From the NCBI RefSeq assembly GCF_037042905.1, contig NC_087245.1:2730001-2794000 (forward strand): a DNA stretch of 64,000 bases, given 5' to 3'. Numbering within the stretch: the stretch's first letter is position 1; the number at the start of each line of letters is the position of its first letter. This DNA comes from Lytechinus pictus. Its lineage: Eukaryota. A program made the translations under genes and the position numbers. Below, piece after piece: positions 36,892-50,622 of this stretch. The notes under the pieces are model-generated. The model made no database searches. It saw only the letters and a list, made by a program, of their open reading frames with translations, and was not told where the DNA came from.

Positions 36892-39461
36892 TTAAGTAAA
36901 CCAGAAAAACATGTCTGTGCTTTACATAACTTATTCTATTGTCTAAACATAGAAAAAATAATCAAATTTTCATTCCAGGCGATAAGATGCATCCACTCGT
37001 TTATAGAAGAAGTTGCTTCATTTATCTTTAAAAAAAAGTACTATATCCGGAATTGACAATTTCCCTATCACATACACCAACAGATTTATTTACTACAAAC
37101 AAAATATATGCAAAAATGCTTTATAATATCTCAGTTACATCTACTCTTGAGCTTGAGTTGACCCCAATTTTGGTGGGGAAAATCTGGATATATTCTTTTC
37201 GGTTAACTTGCTTAGGAGCCATAGCAAAACTAAGTCCCAATGAAAGGACCTGGGGTTCACACTCAGTCAACTGAAAAAATAGCATGCTCATTTTGCAAAA
37301 ATGAATTAAAAAAATATATTGTTACAAATTTTCATGTGTTCTAAAACAAATTTGCACCTGGATATGACTAGGGCAATCACAATATAAGCACATTGTTTAA
37401 GCCGGTATAGTGTTAACAATGGTTTAAACTGTATTAATTTTTTTTTTTAACTTTGAATTTATTTATTTCAGTTTTATTTACGCAGGGTAGCCCTTTTATT
37501 CATAGAACTGATTTACAAAGAGGCCCTGCAACGATAAAAAGAACATATACATATTTTACAATGGACACAACTTGTTTATAACTTTCAACAGTAGATGTTA
37601 GAGTGACGAGCTTAATCAACGTGCTTAAAGTTTAAACAGAGTTTTTAGAGTATACCTTTGACAAAGACTGCGAAAATTCAAAGATTGTCATGGCATGGTA
37701 TTCAACATGACGTTTCGAATTAAACTTCAGTCATCACGGAAAATCGAAGGAGTGTCTTGATCTATTTGCAAATAGATAAATAGAACTTCATCCTTTGTCT
37801 AAACAACCGTTTCCGGAAAGAAAACGGAAGACATTTGCAAGTTGTAACCCTATATACGCTTTCGAATATTCTCAAGGCAAAGATTTGTATTATTGTGCAT
37901 GAAATTAGATAATTGTCAATCTTAGTAGGTTTGATCATTATAATATAATTATGTCAAATTTATGTCTTGTTTTATTATCACCATCATAATCATGAGTTCA
38001 TGACCATCATATTCCTTCTTTTACAACATATTCTATACTTCTGATTCGTTCCTTTATACTGCATGTACATAGTATTTCCAAAATTCAGATTTAGAGTTTT
38101 CGACAGTTGAATGATCAATTAAATGTTTCAATAGGCCTATCTTTCAAACACAGACTGTTCTAATCATATTACCCGAGGTTTCTCATTATTGCATGTAGCA
38201 ACAAGCATCAATGAATTTGTATAGCAGCGTATACATTTTTACTGAAAAATGTACATCGTTGTATTTAGAATAAATTCAAAATGATTTAGTATAATTATCG
38301 TAAATCACAATTTTAAACTAAAAAATATCCTTATCACTATCCTTGTTCAATGAAATCACATCTGATGAGCTCATTTCTTCTACGAGAAACAGAAAATGAT
38401 CACTGATCAACATACAGTAGTTCAGAGATTATAGCGGACTATAATGTATGATTAGATTATTATTAGTGGGGATCTATCTCATGAGTATTAACACCGCTAA
38501 AATATAAATGAAATAGACTTATGATTATACAATTATATTTGAATTAGTGGTGAATAATAGAAGAATTGTCCATGACAATATTATTATCACGATCGTCAGT
38601 ATAGAATGCACTCGGTTAGATTCTGACCATGCATCTGTGATTGTTTCACTGTAATGGATATTGGCGATTAAAATTTCGTTGATCTTTGTTGTCACTTTGA
38701 GTATTTTTGGTTTTTTTGAATCAGGGTCTCATCGATTAACTTTCAAACAGTTCTTAGAAAAAATTTTTGATCTCGAATTTTTATCAAATTTTATGACTCA
38801 TTTTGACATAATATTCACAAAAAAAAAAAATCATATTTCACCCTTTTCTCTTTCCTCTTCTTTCCTGTTCTCTTTTATTTTCTTGGTCGTGAAATGTATA
38901 TTTTTTGTGGGTAGGGGGTGGGGGGTAAGCGCTCCAAGGCCATCATCTGTACGCCACTGACTGACAGTAAATGAAGGGGTAGACAATCTTACATAAAACA
39001 GACGGGAAGTGTAGGCCCCAACAGATATTCAAACACATGAACTCCCAAGACCGTTCTGAGGATACTGCATACCATAGACAGCATCCCCTGCATATCAGGT
39101 TAATTGATATGCTAAATTATTGTACAAAAATGTCATCTTCATTTCGGAGGAGTGAAAACTTATTTTTTGGTCATTTAAGAGTGAAAACCTTTTTTCCCCC
39201 AAACCAGCATGCCCCCGAACACGGACGGTAGAGCTGTTGATCAGTGGTCCACACGCAAACTATCTTTATTATCTCGAATCTATTTCCTCGGCCATGATAT
39301 TCGAAACCACTATTCAGAATTACTACCTTTTCTCCCGTGTTACAAAGAATGAAAATTCTTCTTTTCTATTTTACCCGACTGGCCTAATGATCACGCCTTA
39401 TCCGTTACATTTTCACAAGCATGCATTAATGACACGAAACAAATAAGAAATACACTCACAT

Positions 39462-40125
39462 CCTCCAAGTTTTGCTCTTTTTAAAACATTTGTTAAAAAA
39501 CAACAGGACTTTGAATATTTGATAGCTAAGAAAAAAAAATAAGTTGCCCGCTCACTTTAAGAAGTGGCGATTCACCTTATAATTTGGTTTTCAAAAATGT
39601 CAACAGGTTACATGATAACTAACAATGTATATTTTGTATGCAGGCTTAGTGCCCCATTTTTAAAAATAATACTGCATTGTATTGGTTATATGGTTGTAGA
39701 CATCAGATCCCATTTTTTCATGCAACTTGTATCTCAGTTTCCTTGATATACTTGTTCGTTTAAAAACCTCCATAATTATGTCGTCTTGGATAACCAGTTG
39801 TGTTTTTTAGTCCTATCAATAGTTGTTGGGAAACCATTTTATAATCATAGCTTGTATATTTTGTTTTGTCTACTTTATTTACCAAATCACCTATCTTTGT
39901 TTAGATAACACTGATATTAAGTCATCACTTTGCCACATTCCTTTTTTTTTGGGGGGGGGGTGGGGGAGGATAAGTGGGTAGTTTTTTTATTATTATTATG
40001 GTTGTTATTTTGTCTTTTTTGTGTAACTAACTTGTGTTTATGTGATTTGCAATCACTTATCTTTTAATCATTTGTAAATTTTGTGATTTATTTCAATTTG
40101 TTATAATAAAAACAGAAATAAAAAA
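39462..40125 (+). mobile_element. 5'-truncated L1/Tx1-type LINE with a 17-bp TSD
   Basis: aagaaatacactcacat at 39445-39461 and 40126-40142, and an A-rich tail. The start translates PPSFALFKTFVKKQQDFEYLIAKKK/NKLPAHFKKWRFTL* (1-nt slip in an A-run), resembling Tx1-type ORF2 ends. Confidence 0.85.
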
Positions 40126-40189
40126 AAGAAATACACTCACATGCGTCATAACCATGACTATTTCCCCCCTTCATTTCACTTCCATTTAC

Positions 40190-40340
40190 CATGGACCTGG
40201 TAGTGATAATTGGATCAAATGGCTAATGGACCAAATAGTTGATAGACGAAATGTTGATAGACGGAATGGCATTAGACTAAATGAAATTAGACCACGTGGT
40301 GAGTGGACGAGTTGGCAATAGACGAATTGGCAATTTACAT
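40190..40340. repeat. Degenerate ~15-bp tandem array (tagacgaaatgg-like)
   Basis: Repeated gac(c/g)aa(a/t)tg units. Confidence 0.6.
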
Positions 40341-41436
40341 CTTATTCAAAGACGGTAATATTCCATGGACGTAAACAAAATCGCATACACTTCAGATGCA
40401 ATGGTGTTTTCTTTTAAGCAATCATAGTCATTTCAAAATTGGACATGTGGCAGTTTTCTTGAATACCTTTTTGTGGGAAGGGACTTTTGTTGCAATCTGG
40501 TAACGAAATGTAACAAGGTATATTATTTTCCAACCTCGATCGTCACTAATGAAGCATCAAGAAAAAAATAGGAGGAGTAGATGACATGCATTGAAATGTT
40601 TTTAAAATGTAGCATGTATTTCAGATGTCATTGGACATTATTGGTTTCGTTCCACGTGAGATACGATGCGATCGACTTACATAATTAAACCCCAATGAAT
40701 TCATCTTGGAAAATGAAAAGAAAATGAATCACTTCTGGTTGAATAGTTTTGTACTCATATGTTTCTTCCCGATTTCTATGAGAATTTTGACGTGACTCGC
40801 TATGGTAGTTGGAGAAAAGGTATAGGTACTATTGGCTGGAAAGTGATTATAGGTTAACGAAATAGCTATGACCGAATAAATGTAACGTGATATTGTTTTA
40901 AAAAATCAGGATGAATATAGGCATATATGAATAATTTTGACATGAGGCTATATTATTGATAAACAACAGTTAATTTGAGTGTCACGTCGATTATCGCCCC
41001 TTTTTCTCGATGAAAGAAACACATTTAAACCTTGAAGATTTATTTTAAGATATTCAGGATATTCAAGATTTTGAAAATGTATTTCACTTCCAAACAAAAT
41101 TTGAAAGTAACGAGATATATCCAATTTCCAGGTTTTAGAGATAGGCTTTATATCATCTCAAACATTCGTCTTTTGAATTCTTAATATCAAATCTTTCCAA
41201 TTGCAATTATGTCCATCTTTCCTTGTTTAAAATAAAATATGAAATTTTTAAGTTATTACAATTTATCACTTTGCTCATTATCATATTTTTGACAGTGCAC
41301 ACCACTATGTTAATGACATTCACACTGGGTTGTAAGAATGCCTAGTGAACTCGCTTATGAGGACAGGCGCGATGAGAGATAAGGGGGCTATGTGAACAAT
41401 CCTCACTACGGCGTCTGATTCTTCCTCCACGGTATG

Positions 41437-41613
41437 TATATAAACCGCCAAAGTTGTCCTGTGTTCGGTCATTCAAACATCCCGAACAAGAAGCAACGCC
41501 TCGACACAGCGACTTAGAACCAACAGACCAACACAGAGTCAACACACCAAATTGGAAAAGGCCAGACGTTTTTATTTCTTCAACTTCTTGATTTAACCCA
41601 TCCTTTTTTTTAA
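41437..41613 (+). promoter_or_regulatory. TATA+Inr core promoter and a 143-nt non-coding first exon of an unidentified gene
   Basis: TATATAAA at 41437-41444, Inr TCATTC with A at 41471 (~32 nt spacing), an ATG-free CA-rich leader, and donor AA|gtgagt at 41614. Confidence 0.6.
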
Positions 41614-41929
41614 GTGAGTACATCAAAATTATATTTCCTCAAAATCTTTGACTTTCAGGAAAATTGAATTTGAACAATGATTTTGAATTTTACAATTTCT
41701 TGCATTACGACTTTACTCTGTTTCAATAGTTGATAAAACTTTATTTTATTGTTGGCTATTCGGGATTGATGGTCTCTTTCATATTAAATGACAACCGATG
41801 AACTTCAACTACCTAACTATAATTACAAAAGGAAGACGAATTAGTTGGAAAGCTGCTTTGAATAGATTGGATGAAAATTATTTTTGATGATTGAAGTAGG
41901 TTTCTTATGTTGTCAAGTGGCGATGTGTC

Positions 41930-42240
41930 GTATCATGTTGGTGGATGTGATATTTATTTGTGGTGCCGAGTGGTAATGGGGTGTACTGTGTTGGTGGTGA
42001 TGATGTTAAAGAAGGTTTATTGGTGGTGCCGAGCGGTAGTGGGTTGTACATTGTTGGTGGTGGTGGCGATGAGTGGAGATGAGGTGTTGGTGGTGATGAT
42101 AAAGAAAGTTTATCGGTGGTATCGAGTGGAGATGAGGTGTACCGTGTAGGTGGTGGTGATGTTAAAGAAAGTTTATTGGTGGTGTCGAGTGGAGATTATG
42201 GTGTGCCGCTTTTGTGGTGATGATGGAGTGGATGAAGCGA
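41930..42240. repeat. Degenerate GT-rich tandem repeat
   Basis: Recurring tggtggtgatgatgttaaagaa(a/g)gtttattggtggtg.cgag units. Confidence 0.7.
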
Positions 42241-43654
42241 TGATAGTGTTGATGTATTGTATACTGTTCTAAGGTGCTTACTCTTTCAGTCTCTATATAA
42301 TAGTAATGTATGTGATGAAGGTGTTAATAGTACTGGTGTCATGAGTGCTGATGAGTTTTATGTTCAATGACAGTTATAAATCATATATTGCATGATGACG
42401 AAAGACTAGTTTGTGATAGTGATGATAATAGTGATGGTATTAGTCATGGTTTTAGTAGTCTAAACTGGTAGAAAATTTGTACATACACGCAATTAGTAGC
42501 AGTAATTCATGGTAACAATAATAGTTGTTATAAAATTGCTCGATGATTACTATTATGAATTTGAAAGAGGGAAATATGAAAACATATTCTTATCGCACAC
42601 TTTACTGGATAATTATCAAGGTGAATGAACACATGTTAGTTCTTGCACATATTTTCAGGAAGAATCTTCCTTCTTTCCATTTTAAGTGTGTTTATTTTCG
42701 ATCCTTTCTGAATGATTTGACTTGTCCGAGGTGAATGGCATGTTTGAGAGATTGCAGGAATTTCTTTCACTTGATGGATTTACTGCATGGTTGATCAATT
42801 TTCATAATAATCATGGACCCTCCCTTTCCCTGAGAACGTAAATCGTGCTCTAAAGCATCGGTTAAGATTGTAATGCTGAATGCGTATCCGACAAGAAAAT
42901 ATTGAATTACACTTTTAATAAGGGATTGGTAAAACAATCTGTTGGTAAAAAGTGGTGAAAACTGAACAAATTTCTGGTAAATTCCAAGCAATAATTTGAT
43001 TGCATTGGACTATCTTTCTTTGAAGACAAAATTCAGCAGCACATTTGTTATTTTGAAAGACCATTGTTGGAGTTGAGTCATCATGACAATCACAGCGATA
43101 TACCATGATGGACGGATGTATCCGGTTACACTTAGGTAGTTACACCAACTAAACAGACTCCGAACTAGAGATGTCGTTCGAAATAACGTAATCATTTTGA
43201 TTGTTCTGGGGCAGGTTTTGACTGTGGTATTATCTTAAATTGTCTCTTTCGAAGAGTTTTTATAGATGATTGATTCAGACAATATGATCGGATTGCACGA
43301 AAATACTACTCATGGGGAAATGGTCGGCCGTATGTGAATTCCCAGAATGTATTCTTGTCATTATAAAATATAATTGGCATTACTTAATTCCATAATTATA
43401 ATCCTCCTCTGAGACATGCGTGTTCTAGATTGCCAATTTTGTATTTGAAACAAGAGAGTATATGATGAGGGTCAAATAAGAATGTTTTGGGATGTAAGAA
43501 AGAGAGAGAAAAAAAAAAGAGAAAGAGACTTATATAATTTTCTGAACATTGGGTTTAAATTTATCTCAAAATTAGATCTTTTTATTACAAAGGTCAAATT
43601 TTGTCCCATATGCCATGTCTTGTCCAGCTCATTTTTTGTGCATATCACGCTACT

Positions 43655-43685
<31 letters not shown>

Positions 43686-43802
43686 GTGTTTGTTCAGTAC
43701 TTTGACACAATTTTAAGTATCATAGTTTAAAAATAGCAAATGCTTATTACAACTTGCTATTTGAATTTTGCCCCTACCTCATAGTATTCAGTTAATCATC
43801 TA

Positions 43803-44045
43803 CACTGCAAAAACTCTGGTGTTGATTTAACACCAGCCCGGAATGTTTGTATGTCCACACCAGAGAAGTGTTAAACAACACCAGTTTCGTTTTGGTCTAA
43901 CACCAGATAGGTGTTTATACAACACCAATTAGTATTAAATCAGCATCGGATTGATTCCAAACTGGTGTTGTTTCAATACTTCTCTGGTGTGGACATAATA
44001 TAGATTCCGGGCTGGTGTTAAATCAACACCGGAGTTTTTGCAGTG
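43803..44045. mobile_element. EnSpm/CACTA-like MITE
   Basis: ~40-bp TIRs cactgcaaaaactctggtgttgatttaacaccagcccggaat, TA on both sides, internal aacacca repeats. Confidence 0.88.
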
Positions 44046-44329
44046 TATGTACGTTTCACCAATGTTCACGATTTGAGAATAAAGGTGCTGCTTGTACTTA
44101 AATAATAAAATATAATAATTGCACCCACAATCCACAACCATGTATATCACGGCATTAACTAAAGTAAATATTTCCTGATGCTGATTAATGTCTTGTCGTA
44201 GTCAATTTAGCAAAAACAGACTCCAGATTGATCAAAAGCTATTGTGTTATTTCAAGTTGCATCCTATCAAAGTTGTAAATTTTAATTGTTTCAATCATGC
44301 GATGGTGCAAAATCTGGTCGAATCGTCAA

Positions 44330-45685
44330 AAAGTTGTGAGTTCTACGAAAGTCTCCCTTTTGTCAATTAGAAACTGTGGTATTGCTTGCTCATTGAAATA
44401 ACATAAACCTGTCTAAGATGTTTACTCCCTCTTATAAATGATTCTTGAGGAAACAAATTGAAATATTAGGGTTTATCAGAGAGCTATCTTGCAACTGGCT
44501 CAGGTAATACTTATCAAAAAGAGAACAGTTTACTCTAGATTAAACAACTTAATCATAAAAAAAAAATGTAAATGCGGTTGTGCCCCCAGGATCTATACTC
44601 GGAACGTTATTACTTTTATCATGCATCAATTATCTTGTTAATTTTGCCATGGTTCTGAATTCATATCGTTTGTAGATGGCACATCGCTTATTGCCTCTTA
44701 CGAAAACATCAACACCTCTACTAAAATTCTGAAATACAGTGTATAATTCTTGCCCGAATATCATCTTGGTTCAAATGCAATAGACTTTTCTTAGATATCT
44801 GTAAAAAACACCCTTGTATTCTTTTTCGAAAAAAGGGTTCTTACTAGATACATAATGTGTTCATAAACCCAATTATGCGGATAATATCCGCATAATTTGG
44901 TCGTAAAATCGGAGCGGGACCAGAGTTATCCGCATTATTTCGATACTGCAATTATCCGCATAATAGCGGCATCGGGACCAGATTTATACTTTATGAACGC
45001 ATTTCCAAAGTAATGCGGATAACTGCCATGGTGCGGTCACAAGGTCACCCTTTTCCAACACAACCCCATCGGAGGGGGTGTGTGCAGTTGCCACAATTAT
45101 CCGCCTTTTTCAGGTCGGGCGCTCGTAAAAAATAGTGCGGATTATTTTCGAAGTTTGTGAATGCAATTTTTATTGAATTATCCGCATAACTCTTACGCGG
45201 ATAATTGGAGGATGGGTTTATGAAAGGGGTATAAGATTGTAGGGAACCTTCTGCGCAGCTGTTTAGGTGGTCGAGAACCGTTGTAAATTGTAAAATACAA
45301 ATTGTTTCTTTAGTGCACTTAACCATTATTATATTAACCATTTTTATATGTATATATATTGTAACTCTATTACAGTAACACTATTCAAGGTACACGCAAT
45401 CTTCATAAATGGAATTATGCGTTTTCATTACTTCACATAGGCCCCATAATATGGAATAGCCAGAACTATGAACATTTTCATATTGAATTCAACCAGTATA
45501 GTATAGAAAAAAAAGTGTTTTCAAGTTATCAAGCTCTTGATTATACTACTGTAGATTTGCAATAGGTTTGCTTTGTTTTCTTTGAAAGGCTTTGCATGTT
45601 TTAATTTCTGTTGTATGTTTGTCATCATATGACTTAGTTATCTTCATTCCATTTTTATGAAGAGAAAATGAATACTGAATTGACA
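44330..45685 (+). mobile_element. Highly degraded CR1/L2-group LINE RT fragment, interrupted by a MITE
   Basis: ccccaggatctatactcggaacgttattac (PQGSILGTLL), FVDGT at the FADDT position, and SWFKCNRL, with multiple stops and frameshifts. Boundaries are approximate. Confidence 0.65.
44859..45228. mobile_element. MITE with repeated tgcggataa/ttatccgca motifs
   Basis: ttcataaaccca ... tgggtttatgaa inverted ends and many internal inverted motifs. Confidence 0.7.
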
Positions 45686-47386
45686 ACGGAATCAATTTCC
45701 GCGGTCTTATAATGTCATGGTTAAATCCATTAATGTCGTAATTTTCCTTTGCTAAGAATTTATTGTAGGCATTAATGATTCTGCCAAAAAATTTGATTAC
45801 AAGATTTTATTCGAAATCATGCATGTGACCTATATATATGAAAAACAAAATGGTAGTGTCTTTTGCGCTTTACTTTATGGAAATCAAGGACGCATTTATC
45901 TTTTTACTAACGACAGCACCATTGGCGCCACCGGTTTTCCGTGGCTCAACGGTTATAGTAGTTTAGTCCATGAAAAAAAGTAATGTTAAGCACAAAAATG
46001 TTTTCTCGAAAGTAATACTTTGAAATATCACTTAACCTTTCACGTGTGCTTAGTTCTAAAATCAACTGGACAAGTCTATAAACTTGGCCATAAAACTAAA
46101 TTTGTATATACATAAAACATTTCTTCTGAAGCTTAATAGAAATTAGACGGTCATTTACATAACAATATTCTCACTCGCGTTAAGGAAAGAATGCCTTTGA
46201 TTTGATATAGACTGTTCTTGAGACAAACAACTATTATGAAATTAATTTGCATTTTTATGACTATTAAGCTATTTTTTTTGTCGTTAAGATTGAAGGGGAA
46301 AATGTGTGTGTGTTTGGGTGGGGGTGCGAGATGGATGGTCTATATAGATTAGGGCATATGTGTGTGCGTGAGGGCAATTAGGGTATTTAAGATTTTTGGT
46401 AAATAATGACATGATGGGATTGATTTCTAAAATACACCGTTAATATTCAAATTGAAATAAACATTGAATGAAAAATATTTCTGATAATATAATGATTGGT
46501 ATTGACTGAAGCAAGTAGACTTTACAAGAAGTTTGGTCCACATTTATCATGTTTATATGAAATACGTACGTTTCGTGATAGAAAGGATATGAAATAGATT
46601 TAGAAAAAAATAAGTGATGAAAACATTCTTAAGTAGTTTATTCCAGTTTTTGAAGCATTCCTTATTCAATATTAATGAGAGAAAAACAAAATAATGGAAC
46701 TCTTTTGAAAGAATATTATTCTTACATCACCCTTCTCTTCTGATTCATTGCTAAAATTATGTGGCATAATTTACAAAAACAAAAGTGAACTAACTTCGCC
46801 AATTACAATTTGGTTTACTTTGATATTGATATGAGGATACCAATCACCTGGTAACGGTAAAGTAAAAACGAAAATTGGAATGTAATGTTTGCATAAGATC
46901 ATCAAAATCTCTTTCTCTATTTCATTTTGTTTTCTTTCCATTTTTCGATTAAGCAAAATACATTTAAATGCCATATTCTGAAATTTCGCTTTTCTTAAGC
47001 AACAAATTTTCCATGATTTCTTTTTCATATCGTTGCAATTTTGCTATTGATTGTGGATGACAAATCATCTTTGGTCCTGTTTTCTTTTACCCTTTCGCGA
47101 AACCACTTAGAAGAATCTGGATAAATGAAATATACTCGTGTATTTACGTGTATATATATATATACATATATATATATACACATGTATATTTATGTGTGCG
47201 TGAGGGTGTGTGTGTATGTGAGGTGTATTTGTGATCTGCGTGTGTTATACATTATACATGTACAGCAGCTTTGGCAACTCTTTAATCAAATGTTCTGAAA
47301 GAAATGGGGTAAGGGAAAATGGAAGATTAAATCAAATTTCCCCAGAATTATCTTCCCTTTGGAAAAAAATGGTGAGACCCAAATAA

Positions 47387-47480
47387 TGTCTCTGCCGTAA
47401 ATGGAATCCGGGGCCCCAGCTTAGAGCGCCGCGGTGTTCCATTTACGGCGCCGGTGCCTTAACGACTAGACCACAGAGGC
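47387..47480 (-). pseudogene. tRNA-like sequence (pseudo-tRNA or SINE head) with a 22-nt insertion in the anticodon loop
   Basis: Manual fold: acceptor GCCTCTG/CAGAGAC, D stem GTCT/AGGC, anticodon stem CCGGC/GCTGG, degenerate T arm CCGGA-TTCCATT-TACGG. Confidence 0.65.
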
Positions 47481-50183
47481 GGTTTAGTGGCTCGGGCGAG
47501 TCCGATCCGATTGACCGTCAGATAAACAGATTTTCGACACCACCAATTGAATTTCCTTTGTCGGGTGTAGATGAGTTTTGACCAATAACAAGCCGCCATG
47601 CCTCAGCTGGATCAAAGTTGTTGCTTAGATACAGTACATGTATTGGACAAATTATACAAGTGTGAGAAATTATATATGTACAACAGCTTTGACAACTCTG
47701 CTATTTAAATGTGCGAGAAATGGGTAATGGAATAATGAGAGGCGTAGTTGATATATATATTACATCTATTTCGGAAATTGCCAAAGTCAAAGAACTTTTT
47801 CTCTCGTTTCCAAATGCAATATGAGAGCTGTAAAAAATCCAATTTTTCCTTGAGCGTTTCGAATAGCCAATCGTACGTGCTCACATGACAAGACGGGTTT
47901 AATGTTAGATATTGGATCTTCTTAAAATTGGCGGTGATCTGTGCTAACGTCGAACAAACCTTAGACAAAATTTTACGAAAAATGAATGGCGTCAATGTCC
48001 TTTTGATAGAAAGAGCTTAGAAAGAGGTAATATTTTCTAGTTAAGCTTCATTTCTATAATCGATGCAGAGCATTACATTAAAAAAAAATCGTTTAAGCTC
48101 AAGTCTTTTACCTAAAAAAGGTGAATGAAAAGACATAAATAAATAAGCCAACATCAGACTGCAATCATATTCATAATTATGTCTGTTATTTTCAAGTTGA
48201 GATCAATATATTAATCCTTGCAGAATGGATTACATTGAATTATAATTAGAATTCATCCTTTATCCATGTATCAACTGAAATTGTGATTTCAATTTTAAGT
48301 TTGGTCATATACAAATTTCTTTTTTTTAAGGATGGGGGGTTGATGATGCTTTAATTTTTCTTCCTGTCATTCACGAAATGAACAAAATGATTACAATAAA
48401 TGATTATTGACAATATAAATATATACATACACGTATTTTTATATTCAGGATGAAATATGTAGAATAAGTTTGTTACAGCAAGAAACTTCGTAAATTACCT
48501 TAACCCCGGTCAACAAAAAGTTTGAAATGTATTTGATTCATGTTTGTTGCAATTTAGAAGTATTTGGGTACCTATCTGTACTTACCAATGTTTATTGTTG
48601 GAAAGCTTATTTCCTTTTGACGAGAGCCATGTTTTGTTTGCTTATATGCGTTCCTTACTATAGTGATTAATGCATACTTTATTACATTGACTTCACTTTT
48701 TGGGCATTTTAGTAATATTTCCTTTTCTTTCTTCCCAATATGTTCAATGAAATCCCCCAAATCAATATTTTTGTTTATTTTTTTCTTGTTGACAAAAATG
48801 AAAAATGACCAATGAATAAAGAAAAAAAAGAGGAGAACTTGGAACCAGAAAAATTGATGCAAAAGGCAAACAAAAAATGAGGGGAAAATTGAGAAACGCA
48901 AAATCTAAGAAATGCCCGAAGGAAATACACCTTCCATGTTGGCCCTCTTACATCGTTAAGTTCAAGGAAAAGGTGACTATTATTCAATTTTTACGCCCGG
49001 TGTGAAAGAGGTACACCACTGAATTGTACTAGTTTGGGCCTCTAGAAAGGAATCGAACGTAGATCTTGGCAAAATATGTCACGTGATCTCTTAAATCAAG
49101 ATGATTGATCCGACTTTTTGTTTCAAGTATAGCTTGGTTGAAGAACCCGAACGGGAACAGACGATTTTTGCCTCAGGAAAACCTGCGCAGCGTGGGACAA
49201 TATATCCTTTAGATTTTTAGCAGATTTTTTTTCTTCTTCGTGTGAGAGAGCGGTAAATAAATCAATATGAGAGGAAATTTTGCTTGGAACATATTTGTCC
49301 ATTAAGCCTCTGGCAGGCTCATTTCGTGTCATTTGCTCTTCAAATAGCATCCGAGTTTACATAATTGATCGAACGATATGGGATAGGAAAAAGAAGGATC
49401 CCCCGAAGTGAAACGGTCAAAATAGGATCAGGGCGAAAGATTTGTGAGTTTTTTCTCTCTTTGTTTGCTTTCAGGGGATCTCTAGTGAGTATTGATCCAA
49501 TCTGAAAGGAAGCTAGATTATGGTAATAATGATGACCGTTAGTTGGGGGAACTATAGGGGTAACATTGAGTAGGAGATTCAATATGAAGGTTCCTATATC
49601 CTACATACAAGTCTGATAAATAATCCATCTAGTATTACCTTATCCAACCACTTATAAACACCATTCCAAGGACAAAGTTATAAAAAGGTTATCATTGGCA
49701 AAAAAATACCCAAATGACTTTCAATTGAAGCACTGATATAAAGAATCCCTTCCCAAAATAGATTATCCAACTTTGATCAGAATGAAATGTTTGTATATTT
49801 CCAATTTACGTATTTATAAACATGTTTTAATTTCACATTTTAAAAATGAACTTCCAGGGGAATCAGACAAAACCATTAACCATGTTCACAGGAAAATAAG
49901 GAGGTTAAACGGAAAAATCAATTTCCATCTTGAATAAGAGGGAATCGTAAGCTTCAGTCATGTCAGTTTGAATATCGAACACCAGGTTGAAGAAAAAAAA
50001 ATCATATGAAAAAAAACTATTCCAACAACACAGCGAGTCAAGAATATTCCCATGTTGATCGTGGATTAGATGTTACAGTTTCCATTCATGTGCCAATATA
50101 TACTGTACTTTTTTTACCCAAAAGAGTTATCAATACGAAACTGCTTATTATCTGTTTGAGGAAAAGTGTAAAAGGATGTGATC

Positions 50184-50622
50184 CACTAGCGTACCTACGG
50201 GGGGGGGGGGGCAGGAGGGGCACTCTGCCCCCCCTGACGAGTCACAACCCATGCAAAAACGTATCTTTGCCCCCCCTGACGGGCTTGAAAAACCTTTTTT
50301 TTTCCCCTGACGAGCTTTAAGACCTTTAATGCCCCCCTGACGAGCTTGAAGACCTTTTTTTTTTTTTTTTTTTTTTTTTTGCCTGTACATTTTTTTTCTG
50401 GAAGGAAATCCTTTATTTATGATCGAAGACCTCTTTATTTGTGATCGAATACCTTTTTTTTTTTTTTTGCTTGTCAATTTTTTTCTGGAACGAAATCCTT
50501 TATTTGTGATCGAATACCTTATTTATTTATTTATTTATTTTTTTTATTTTTATTTTTTTGCTTGTCAAATTTTTTGGCGGACGGTTTTGCCCCCCCTGTG
50601 GAAAATCTTAGGTACGCCACTG
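50184..50622. mobile_element. hAT-like MITE, 8-bp TSD
   Basis: cactagcgtaccta ... taggtacgccactg, TSD atgtgatc, internal ccccctgacgag repeats. Confidence 0.9.

Noticed and set aside
49123..49350. 75-aa ORF with protein-like composition
   Set aside because: Non-ATG start, no recognised homology and no clear splice boundaries.
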